Position numbers and translations under genes: made by a program. From the NCBI GenBank assembly GCA_016748015.1, contig JAAOMT010000523.1, positions 248,001-312,000 on the forward strand: 64,000 bases of DNA. The letters are read 5' to 3'. Below, in pieces: positions 25,701 through 36,994 of the stretch. The notes below the pieces were generated by a model that was given only the letters and a program-made list of their open reading frames with translations, ran no database searches and was not told the origin of the DNA. How positions within the stretch are numbered: position 1 is the stretch's first letter; every line of letters begins with the position of its first letter. Source of the DNA: Geosiphon pyriformis uo1. Taxonomy: Eukaryota; Fungi; Glomeromycota.

Positions 25701-28179
25701 CAGGTTCTTGGTTGGGCTTCTTTGGATCCTTTGCAGTTTCCGGTCAGGTTGCGTGTTAGTCCGGTGAACAATTTTTTGGCTGGGATGGTGAAGATCTTTT
25801 TGGGCAATAAGCTTGTTTTGGTGAACAACCTCTTCATTGCATTTCGTAGTCCTGGTCGGTTTCCGTTGTTCTCTGTTCTTGGAAAGTCTCTGTATTTTGA
25901 TTTGGTCAAATCTCTTAAACATTTTGGTGTTGCTTTTGGTGATCAGCTTTTTGATAAGAATGGTGTTTTGTTGGATTGGAAAACTTTTTGTCATTAGAAA
26001 AGGTTGGATCCGTGTGGCCCTATGCCTCACTGGTTCGTGGTTTCTTCTGAGTTTTTGAGGGGTCAGGATTACTCATTTTCTGGTTCTATTGGTTCTGTGG
26101 AAAAGCTTGGTTTGGACATTTTGGGGTCTGAGGAATTTTCTGCGGTAAAAGATGGGTTGTATGATATTTGGTTGGGCTTTTTTGAGGTTTTTACGGATGG
26201 GTCTTTAAGGAAGGCAGGCTCTGCTGAGATTGCCTGTAGTGCTGCTGCATACTTTCCGGTCTTGGATAAAAGCATTGGTGTTGCTGTTCGTGGCCTTTTG
26301 TTATCTACTATGGCCAAGTTACAGGCTGTTACTTTGGCTTTGGAGTGTGTTCTTTCTTCAAATACTGTGGTGTTATGTCTTGACAGCCAGGTTGCCATTA
26401 ATGCATGTGTGTCTGAGATGTCTTTGGTTGCCCCTAATTTCCATAATCAATGCTGGCTGGAAAGACGACATATTTTCAATTTGGTCAGGAATAAGGATCT
26501 TAGCGTGAGTTGGGTTAAGGTGAAAGGTCACTCTGGGATTCCTGGTAATGTGAAAGCTGACTTGGCTGCTGGGGCTGCCTCTGGGTCTCCCTTTTCCCTT
26601 TGTGCTGATGTGCGTGAACATTTTTTGGTTGCTGAGGGTGTCGCTGTTACAGAATGGTTTTCTTGTTATATTTAATTGCTGATATCCCACTTTAATTGCA
26701 ATCAGTCTTTTGTGAGTTCCTCAATTCTATTTGTGTGATAATGTCACTGTTACACTGAAGGCTTTCTTTTTACTGTTGCGATGTAAGTTATTCTTTAATT
26801 CTTGATTGTTGTGTATGTTTATGTATTCCTTCTCAGAGGCTGAACTGAAATCTACCCACTGTTTGGGGTCTTCTCTGAGGCTATCCTTGCAATTGCCTGA
26901 TGTGTTTCTCTAATCTAGAAACACAGAATGTTAATGGTCTTTAGCGCTTTTCTAATTCTCACAATAAAGCTTTTATCAATTAGTAACAACGTGAATAATC
27001 TTAATCAAGGATTATTCTTCCAAGGGATTCAGTTGATGAATGATAGTTTCATTCAATAAATAATATAAGTAAGTTTCTTAATACTTTGGGTTGTGATAGT
27101 TCAGTTTTAAATATTCTTTTTCATTTCTTTTTGATTTTAAAGGTTTCTTGGGATATTTAATTTGAAAGTATGATTTAAAGTGGAGTTTGTTGGATAAAAT
27201 TGGATCTATTGCTTGATAAGTTATGATTTTTATTACTTGATTGATTCTTTCCCAATATTAAAACTACTGTATATATACATGTTTGTAGTTCTATGAGAAA
27301 ATACTTTCTTTTTGATATTTCAACCTAGTGCTTGCTGCTATCACCAGTTGGTGTTGGCTGCTATTGTGAACTGGTGCTTGCCACTATCGCGAGATGGTGT
27401 TTGCTACTATNNNNNNNNNNNNNNNNNNNNNNNNNNNNNNNNNNNNNNNNNNNNNNNNNNNNNNNNNNNNNNNNNNNNNNNNNNNNNNNNNNNNNNNNNN
27501 NNNNNNNNNNNNNNNNNNNNNNNNNNNNNNNNNNNNNNNNNNNNNNNNNNNNNNNNNNNNNNNNNNNNNNNNNNNNNNNNNNNNNNNNNNNNNNNNNNNN
27601 NNNNNNNNNNNNNNNNNNNNNNNNNNNNNNNNNNNNNNNNNNNNNNNNNNNNNNNNNNNNNNNNNNNNNNNNNNNNNNNNNNNNNNNNNNNNNNNNNNNN
27701 NNNNNNNNNNNNNNNNNNNNNNNNNNNNNNNNNNNNNNNNNNNNNNNNNNNNNNNNNNNNNNNNNNNNNNNNNNNNNNNNNNNNNNNNNNNNNNNNNNNN
27801 NNNNNNNNNNNNNNNNNNNNNNNNNNNNNNNNNNNNNNNNNNNNNNNNNNNNNNNNNNNNNNNNNNNNNNNNNNNNNNNNNNNNNNNNNNNNNNNNNNNN
27901 NNNNNNNNNNNNNNNNNNNNNNNNNNNNNNNNNNNNNNNNNNNNNNNNNNNNNNNNNNNNNNNNNNNNNNNNNNNNNNNNNNNNNNNNNNNNNNNNNNNN
28001 NNNNNNNNNNNNNNNNNNNNNNNNNNNNNNNNNNNNNNNNNNNNNNNNNNNNNNNNNNNNNNNNNNNNNNNNNNNNNNNNNNNNNNNNNNNNNNNNNNNN
28101 NNNNNNNNNNNNNNNNNNNNNNNNNNNNNNNNNNNNNNNNNNNNNNNNNNNNNNNNNNNNNNNNNNNNNNNNNNNNNNN

Positions 28180-29409
28180 TGCTGCTTTTCTTAATATTTT
28201 ATCATCTAGTCTTAGCTTGTATGCTCCATTTCCAAGTATTTCGTGAATATAAAATGGTCCATCCCACTTGTGATCAAATTTTCCACTCCACTGTTTTTCC
28301 ATTTTTGTACGATGCAACAATACTTTATCTCCAATTTTGTAGCTAATTATATTATCTGGTAACTGGTTATCATGTCTCACTTTTTGTTGTTCTTGTGATT
28401 GTTCAATATTTTGTGCTGCTTTTCTTCTTTTGTTTTCTAAAGTTCCCATTAATTCGTATGTTCTTCTAAGTAGTGTTTCCTGGAATGTTGCTTCCGTGAT
28501 AGTGTCACTCAGATAAGTTGGAATAGTAAGTTCAATGGGTAATGTGGCTTTTCTTCCATAAACTAGTTCGAACGGTGTGAATTGTGTAGTATCTTGTTTT
28601 ACTGTTCTATATGCTAGTAGTACTGCTGGTATGAACAAATCCCATTCTTTTTCATGTTTATTACTAATTTTCACCAGTGATTCGCATAATGTGCGATTAA
28701 ATCTTTCAACTAATCCATTTGTTTAAGGGTGGTATGGTGATAACAGTGGTCGCTTGATTCCAAATTTTTGGCCAAGTTCTTTTAAGGTGCTGTTTACGAA
28801 GTGTGTGCCTTGATCTGATAGCAATTCTTGTAGACATCCATGTCGGCAAATTAAGTCTTCATGTACGAATTGAGCTACGGAAATAGCATCAGCTGTTTTA
28901 ATAGCTCTAGCTTCTGGCCATTTGGTGAGATAGTCCATGGCTACTGCAATATAATGGTTGTTTCTTGTTGTTATTGGTAAGGGTCCAACTAAATCAATTC
29001 CGATTCTGTCAAATGGCTGTTCAACTTTTATTGGTCTTAATAATTCCATTGTTTTTGCTCCTCCTCTTCGTTGGCATGGGTCACAATTTTTTATGTATTG
29101 GATTATGTCTGAACTCATTTTTGGCCAATAGTAACGGCTAGTTGCACATTGGATGGTTGCTGTTTTTCCAAAGTGGCCTGAATGAATATCTGAGTGCATG
29201 TTAAATAAAATAGTTTCTTTTTTATCCATGGTTATAACTCTTAATGGATTATCTGAATTTTGTTGATTCCGGTAATAAAGTATGTGATTTTGGATGAAAT
29301 AGTGTTTTGCTAATTTTTGGAGCTTAATTAGCTCTTTTACTGGCATTTTTTCGTCTATTTGTAGTGTTTCCAAGTATTGGCTGAGGTTTTTGTAAAGGTG
29401 GTTGTTCAT
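28180..29409 (-). pseudogene. Integrase ORF of Gypsy A2 (3' end in gap)
   Basis: IGIDLVGPLP, DYLTKWPEA, SDQGTHF, PYHP, WDGPFYI. Confidence 0.92.
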
Positions 29410-29438
29410 TGTTGTTGTGGTGGGTGGGTTGGTAATTT

Positions 29439-32400
29439 TTATGTGTGTCTCATTTTTGACAAACAGTCGGCATTAGCATTTTTGGTACCTTCTTTGTATT
29501 TGATAATATAATTGTATGGTGCTAACGTTTGTGACCATCTGGCATATTTTCCTTTTAGTGCTTTCTTGTTATTTAACCAGACCAGACCTCTATGATCTGT
29601 CGTAATCTCAAAGGGTTGGTACTGTAAATATGTGTCAAAGTGAACACAACTCCAGACTACTGCTAAGTATTCAAGTTCATGTGCTGCGTAGTTTTGTTCT
29701 GCCATACTGAGACTTCTGCTGGCATAAGCGATTACACGTTCTCTTCCATTATCATCTTTTTGTGATAGAATGACTTCAAGTCCAGTTCCAGAGGCATCTG
29801 TGGCCAAAATGAATTTCTTGTTGAAATTCGGATAGATCATTATTGGTGATTCAATGAGCTTTTGTCTAAGGTACTCAAAAGCTTTTTGTTGTGCTTCAGT
29901 CCATTCAAACTTCACATTTTTAGATAGTAGGTAATTAAGGGGTTTGACGATGTTTGAAAAGTTTTCTACAAAGCGGTGGTAGTAAGATGCAAGTCCTAAA
30001 AAGCTTCTAACTTCTGAAACATTTCGAGATACTGGAAAATTTTTCACTTTGTCTATTTTTGATGGATCTGGTTTTATTCCATCTTTTCCAACTATGTGTC
30101 CTAAAAATGCTAGCTCATTTTTCCCAAAGAAACATTTTTCTAGATTTAGTTTAAGTCCAGCGTGTCTCAATCTCTCAAAAACTTGTTGTAAATGTTGGAG
30201 NNNNNNNNNNNNNNNNNNNNCTTGCCAGTACCCACTGGTCAAGTCCAGTGTAGAAAACCATTTTGCTCCTCCAAAAACGTCGAAAATTTTGTCAATTAAT
30301 GGTATTGGGTATGAGTTTTTGGTTGTTTTGCTGTTTAGTTTGCGATAGTCGACGCAAAATCTAATTTTTCCATTCATTTTCCTTACTAAAACAACTGGTG
30401 AGGACCATGGGCTCATTGATGGTTGTATTATTCTTTTTTCCAACATGCTTTGGATTTCTTCTCTGATAAAATTATGCTCCATTGGTGGGACACAGTAAGC
30501 GCGTTGTTTTTCAGGTCTAGCGTCTCCAGTGGGGATTTGGTATTGAACCAAGTTGGTTCTTCCAAATTCGCCATTTCTTGAAAATATATTAGAGTATTTT
30601 AAAATTAATGCTTTTAATTGTCGCTGTTGGTCAGGATTCATTGTTCCAATGTTTAATTTGGCCAATTCTTCTGGTGTAAATTGATAGCATTCTACTGGTT
30701 GTTGCCAATTTATTGAAGTGAGTTCACAGTAGAGGGTGATTTCTGGGAAATTTAGAATTTCTTGTGGTGTTGACACGTTTTCTAGCTCCGTTCCGAGGTA
30801 TCCAATGATGGTATCTTCCGGAATGTAGACGGGTTTTTCTGTGGTGTTTGCGATAGGAATTTTTATCCATTGAGCTTTATCAGCTGGAATAAAAAGGTTA
30901 GTAAGTCCTATGAGAAACTGTTGGCAAGTTTCTGGGTAGAGCTCAAATATTAGGTCTTTTTCTTTAATTGTCTTTTTTATTCTTATTTCTGATTTTTCAT
31001 ATGGTAGGAGCGTGATGGACCACTCATTTTTAATTACTTCGCCTTTTTCCTCTATTGTTTCAGCAAAATTCACTTCAATTCCTTTTCCTGTCGATCCAAA
31101 ACCAAAAGTTCCTCTCGTTGTTTGTGACAATCCTCACGATTTTCCACTGGCACGAATTTCCCAATTTTTACCAATGGTAGGAAAATTGCTTGTGTAATCT
31201 TTTCCTTAGATTCAATGGTATAAGGCTTTTCTGAATTGTTCTGTAGCAAAACCATCAAATTTCCAGTGTATCCGGAGTCAATTACTCCTTCTTGAACGCT
31301 TATTCTTTTTTTCGCGAGGCTTGATCGCGACGCCATTTGAACCATTATTCCTGGCGGAATTTCAACCGCTATTTTTAGGTCAATTTTGGTGATGCTCCTG
31401 GGTGGTAACGTTGTGGATTGGTCTTCCGGATAATGTAGATTGAATCCGGCGTCGGTTGGATGGGCTCTTTCAGGTATTATTCCTAAGTGCCCGTTGTCGA
31501 AGTATCGGATGTCGGTCACCTGTTCTAGGTCGGTATAGGCTACAAATTTTTCTGACTCGGGACCGTCAGGTGAGTCTTGTTGATTTATTGATTGATTTTG
31601 AGACTGCTGATTCTCAATTTCCATTTTTCTTTCTAAGTCCCTTTCATCTTGACACTCTTCACAGCACTGACTTTGGCATGGGATGAGACAGTTTTCGCAG
31701 AGGTAAGTGTTGATTTGGGCGAGATATTGTTCTTGCTCTTGTCGAGTGGGGCATAGTTGTTGGTAGTAGTCCTGGAATTCGTCCACTGGGTCGAATATGT
31801 TGTAGCTGGCAACTTTGTCGGCTACTTCGGCTGACTCTTTCCAACGTCGTATTTCTTCAGCGGTTCCTCCTCTTACTTTGGCTTGTGCGGTGTTGTACAA
31901 CTCGTCCTCGTCGTGTGGGTAGTGCTGTAGTCTTTTTAACGCTTTGTTGAACGCTGCTTCGAACGGCGTTCCTCCTCTTACCCAGTCACAGATGAGGATT
32001 GTGTATTGGCAAGTTGCGTCACATGTTCCTCCTCTGCCTGGTAAGTCGTTCCAGTCACACCCTCTTGGTAATGGTTCTCCACAAGCGAGACACGGTTCCT
32101 CGTCCCATTTTCCATGTCTTTCTGGGTAACCGTATTTTTCTTTGTTACAACGATTACAATAGTAGTGGGTGGGGTTTCTTGGGTCTTCGTCTGGTGCACT
32201 GCACACAGTCATAGATGAGAGTTTCTTCTTGCAAACCGAGCATTCTAGCTTTGGTCTGCGTCATTGGTGGTTTCTTCATAAACTTACCTGGTTCCATTCG
32301 GATCTTTCTTCGCTGGTCCACGTTGGTACGGCTGGTAGTCCTGTTCTTTGGTCATCAGCCCAAGAGAGCTGATAGGTTTCGATGGCTGGTAGTGCTGGAT

Positions 32401-35400
32401 TTTCCTCAAATTCGAAGGTAGGTCTTTGGTTGGCGCTGGGTTTTTGGAAGTGGCCACAGGTGGCTGGAATTTTGGCCTGGTGGCCATTATAATTGATCAG
32501 AAGCTCTTGGGTGGTCCAGTCTAGGGTGGCGTTGGCTTTTGTTAGCCAGTCATTCCCTACTAACGCTTGATATTGTGTAGCGTCCATTACTAATACTTTT
32601 GTAGGTATTACTANNNNNNNNNNNNNNNNNNNNATTTAGTTTAAGTCCAGCGTGTCTCAATCTCTCAAAAACTTGTTGTAAATGTTGGAGATGATCCGTG
32701 AATTTTGACGAGAAAACATTTGTATCATCTAAATAGACAACAATGGATTGCCACAGAATTCCAGAGTAAATTACGTCCATTAGTCTTTGAAATGTCGCGG
32801 GAGCGTTTGTTAATCCAAATGGCATTACATTGAACTCATAATTGCCATTTTGTGTTGTAAATGCTGTTTTATGCCTGTTCTTTGGGTCCATTTCCACTTG
32901 CCAGTACCCACTGGTCAAGTCCAGTGTAGAAAACCATTTTGCTCCTCCAAAAACGTCGAAAATTTTGTCAATTAATGGTATTGGGTATGAGTTTTTGGTT
33001 GTTTTGCTGTTTAGTTTGCGATAGTCGACGCAAAATCTAATTTTTCCATTCATTTTCCTTACTAAAACAACTGGTGAGGACCATGGGCTCATTGATGGTT
33101 GTATTATTCTTTTTTCCAACATGCTTTGGATTTCTTCTCTGATAAAATTATGCTCCATTGGTGGGACACAGTAAGCGCGTTGTTTTTCAGGTCTAGCGTC
33201 TCCAGTGGGGATTTGGTATTGAACCAAGTTGGTTCTTCCAAATTCGCCATTTCTTGAAAATATATTAGAGTATTTTAAAATTAATGCTTTTAATTGTCGC
33301 TGTTGGTCAGGATTCATTGTTCCAATGTTTAATNNNNNNNNNNNNNNNNNNNNCGCTGGTGGTTTCTTCGTGAACTTACCTGGTTCCATTCGGATCTTTC
33401 TTCGCTGGTCCACGTTGGTACGGCTGGTAGTCCTGTTCTTTGGTCATCAGCCCAAGAGAGCTCATAGGTTTCGATGGCTGGTAGTGCTGGATTTTCCTCA
33501 AATTCGAAGGTAGGTCTTTGGTTGGCGCTGGGTTTTTGGAAGTGGCCACAGGTGGCTGGAATTTTGGCCTAGTGGCCATTATAATTGATCAGAAGCTCTT
33601 GGGTGGTCCAGTCTAGGGTGGCATTGGCTTTTGTTAGCCAGTCATTCCCTACTAACGCTTGATATTGTGTAGCGTCCATTACTAATACTTTTGTAGGTAT
33701 TACTATGCCGTTAATTTCAAAAGGGAATGAGTCGATTTCGCCATAAGGCAGCTTTGTACTTCCATCGGCTGTTATGATTTGGGACATCGCGGCACGATCA
33801 ATTTTGAAACCCAGTTGGTTTACTAGTTGAAGTGTTACAATGCTTCCAGCAGATCCGCTGTCTAAGATAAGTTTGATTCGGGTATTGTTTACAGTGGCTT
33901 CTGTATACATAGCAGTGATTGGGCGTTTTTCGTCCAATGCTGCTCCACTGAACATAGCCTCGTTTTCCTCTAATTCAAAAGGAAAAATAGCTGCGAGGCT
34001 GCTATCTTCGGTGGCAACTGCTGGTGGTATTGTTTGGCTCAATTTGGAAGAATTCTTGGTTCTGTTTATGTTTCTACCATCATTGTTTCCAATGATCAGG
34101 TTTTCCAGTATATTAAGGTAAGTTTGTTGATAATTTTGGTAGTTTGGATTGGTTTGCTGATTGGTTCCAGTGCAGTTTGGATTCCTCTGGACCAATGCAT
34201 TCTGGTTCCACATGGGCTGATTTCGGGCCTCGGGACGCCAATTCGGGTTGGCTATTATGGGCTGTTGCTGGTAAGCTCCTTGATTTTGATACATGGTGGG
34301 ATATTGGCATGGTATTGGCATGTACTGGTTTCTGGGCATTTGGGGTGGCGCGTAGTAATTATTTTTGCGTGCTTCCTGCATCATTCGCATTCGACATTGA
34401 CTAATCAAATGTCCTATGCGTTTGCAAAAATGGTAGGCGCGTGTTTCTGTTCTGAATTTCTGGTGCGACGAGTGATTATTTCGACTGTTGCTGACTTCCT
34501 GGCTGCGTCTTTGGGGTGGTTGGTATGTATTTTTTCTCGGATCTGGGATAAGGTAACTTTCTATTTTCTTAGAGAGTTCCTCCCCTAATCGCATTACTCT
34601 TTTCTCTAATGTTTCTGCCTTATTTTCCTTCATTACCATGTTAACCATTTGACTATGGTTAGCTTCTTTCTCAGCCGATTCAAGGGCTCTGGCGAGCATA
34701 ACGGCTTCTGGTAAGGAATTAGGGTGGGCAGGGCATACTCTTCCTAAAATGCTGCTTTTTAATCCTCTAATAAACTGATTTAAAACCTGAGGATCAGTGT
34801 AGTATCCTTGTTCAATCGCTTCAATCTGACGGCAAATTCGATTGAATCGAGCAAGGTATTGGGTGACAGTTTCACCGGTATTTTGCTTAATAGTATTGAA
34901 TTCGTTCTGTAGTTGGATTACGGCGTTTGGGTCGCTAAAATACTCCAGGAGTGCATTTTTAAATTCGGCGAAGCTCATGGGTTTTGTTTCCAGGCTTTGA
35001 TACCACGAGTTGGCTGTGCCTTTCAGGAAGAAAGGTAATGTTTGAATTGCTCTTTGGTCATTCCAGTTATTTGCCTGGATGGCTTTTTGTGCTTCTCTGA
35101 GCCATGTGTGCACGTCTGTTTCTTCTTCCTCTCCTGAGAAATCTGTTAGTCTTGCAATGTATGGTGTGGTCATTTTGTTGCCGTTTTCTGTTGGTGGGTT
35201 TATTGGTCTAAGAGGAAGTGGGATGATATTTCCTTGAGCGTTCCTAAAGGTGACTTCCCTTATATCCGGTTTTTCCTCTTGATCATGAGTTTCTTGGTTT
35301 CTGAACTGGCTGCTTGTTCCAGTGACTGGTCTTGTGATTGTTTTTTTGCTGGTCTCTTTTTCGGATTCTGATTCAGACTCCTCTTTATGGTTTTCAAACC

Positions 35401-36046
35401 CTGTTCTAAATTTTGGCTAAAAAAGAGGGTTTTGGAATAGTGATGAATATCCTCCTGTAATTGGTATGTCTCCCCAGTTACGTTGTTTAATTTTATCAAT
35501 ATAACTAGGAGTTCTTGGTGTTTGTAGAGTTGATGATGCTGCAGCTCCTAATGGAATTTGTATCTTATTTTCTGGTGAAAAATGGTATGATTTATCTTCT
35601 GGTGAATAAATATGTTGTTTTTTTATTGATTGAGTGACAGTTTTCTTTGGCGTTTGAGCTGGTGTTTCTAGTTTTTGCTGGTTACTTTCCTGATTAGTTT
35701 CTAAATTTTCTTTGGTTTTGTTGGCGCGTTTCTTAGTGTTTCCTGTGGATATTGGAAAATTTTCGTTGGCATATTGCTCAATTTTTTGATGGATTTTGAC
35801 AATAGTTGCAGCTATTACTGCTACTTCTTTTGTAGTGTATTGTGATAATTCTCTATACAATCCAAGTTTTGCGTCGTGTGGTTCTTCTTCCTTTCCTATA
35901 TGATAATTTATTCTGGCGTTGATATAATAAGTGAGGGCAGATTCTGCTGGACAACACCCTTCTGGTAATCCAAGATCACTTTGATTTTGTGTGTAAATAG
36001 CATGGCAGAATTCAAGAACAGTAAGATTAGGAGTTTTTGTCGCCAC
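29439..36046 (-). pseudogene. Gag-PR-Cys-rich-dUTPase-RT-RNase H polyprotein of Gypsy A2
   Basis: ATG 36046 is in frame with the gag ORF at 35173; LILDSGSAG; RFCVDYRKLN, LDLTSGYWQ, MPFGLTNAPATFQ, YLDD; all five dUTPase motifs at ~31085-31500. Confidence 0.92.
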
Positions 36047-36128
36047 TTTTGTTTTTTCCTTTTTAGCAATGAATTATTGCTAATTATTATTTCTTTTTTG
36101 ATTTTCTTTCCTCGTAGAGTTTACCAAA

Positions 36129-36994
36129 TGTTACGGGATGGTTTTCTTGTTATATTTAATTGCTGATATCCCGCTTTAATTGCAATCAGTCTTTCATGAG
36201 TTCCTCAATTCTATTTGTGTGATAATGTCACTGTTACACTGAAGGCTTTCTTTTTACTGTTGCGATGTAAGTTATTCTTTAATTCTTGATTGTTGTGTGT
36301 GTTTATGTACTCCTTCTCAGAGGCTGAACTGAAATCTACCCACTGTCTGGGGTCTTCTCTAAGGCTATCCTTGCAATTGCCTGATGTGTTTCTCTAATCT
36401 AGAAACACAGAATGTTAATGGTCTTTAGCGCTTTTCTAATTCTCACAATAAAGCTTTTATCAATTAGTAACAACGTGAATAATCTTGATCAAGGATTATT
36501 CTTCCAAGGAATTCAGTTGATGAATGATAGTTTCATTCAATAAATAATATAAGTAAGTTTCTTAATACTTTGGGTTGTGATAGTTCAGTTTTAAATATTC
36601 TTTTTCATTTCTTTTTGATTTTAAAGGTTTCTTGGGATATTTAATTTGAAAATATGATTTAAAGTGGAGTTCGTTGGATAAAATTGGATCTATTGCTTGA
36701 TAAGTTATGATTTTTATTACTTGATTGATTCTTTCCCAATATTAAAACTACTGTATATATACATATTTGTAGTTCTACGAGAAAATACTTTCTTTTTGAT
36801 ATTTCAACCTGGTGCTTGCTGCTATCACTAGTTGGTGTTGGCTGTTATTGTGAACTGGTGCTTGCCACTATTGCGAGATGGTGTTTGCTACTATGTTAAT
36901 CATTACCTTTCTAAAATTATTACTGTGCTATATTATGATTGAATAGTTTGTATTATTTTTATGATTCTTTTTGCTAAATTCTTAAACCATAACA
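36129..36994 (-). repeat. 5' LTR of Gypsy A2 (866 bp)
   Basis: TGTTACG..ATAACA; matches 26645-27410. Confidence 0.95.

Larger units (their letters stand above)
26645..36994 (-). mobile_element. Ty3/Gypsy family A copy 2 (less decayed; interior has gaps and duplicated contigs)
   Basis: LTRs 26645-27410(gap) and 36129-36994; TSD TCGC/TTGC at 26641-26644 and 36995-36998; PBS 36110-36126; same domain set as A1. Confidence 0.95.

Noticed and set aside
27312-28674. Long ORFs in the track spanning the N run
   Set aside because: Artefacts of translating Ns
31085-31500. dCTP deaminase instead of dUTPase (RSS..IDxGY motifs)
   Set aside because: The Gly-rich motif V (RGTFGFGSTG) and the AGFDL motif I are diagnostic of trimeric dUTPase
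32634-33700. Apparent second RT and duplicated protease-linker segment inside Gypsy A2
   Set aside because: Bounded by 20-N gaps. The RT piece duplicates ~30145-30660 and fills its gap, and the linker copies differ at a few bases. This looks like misplaced contigs from a collapsed repeat, not biology.
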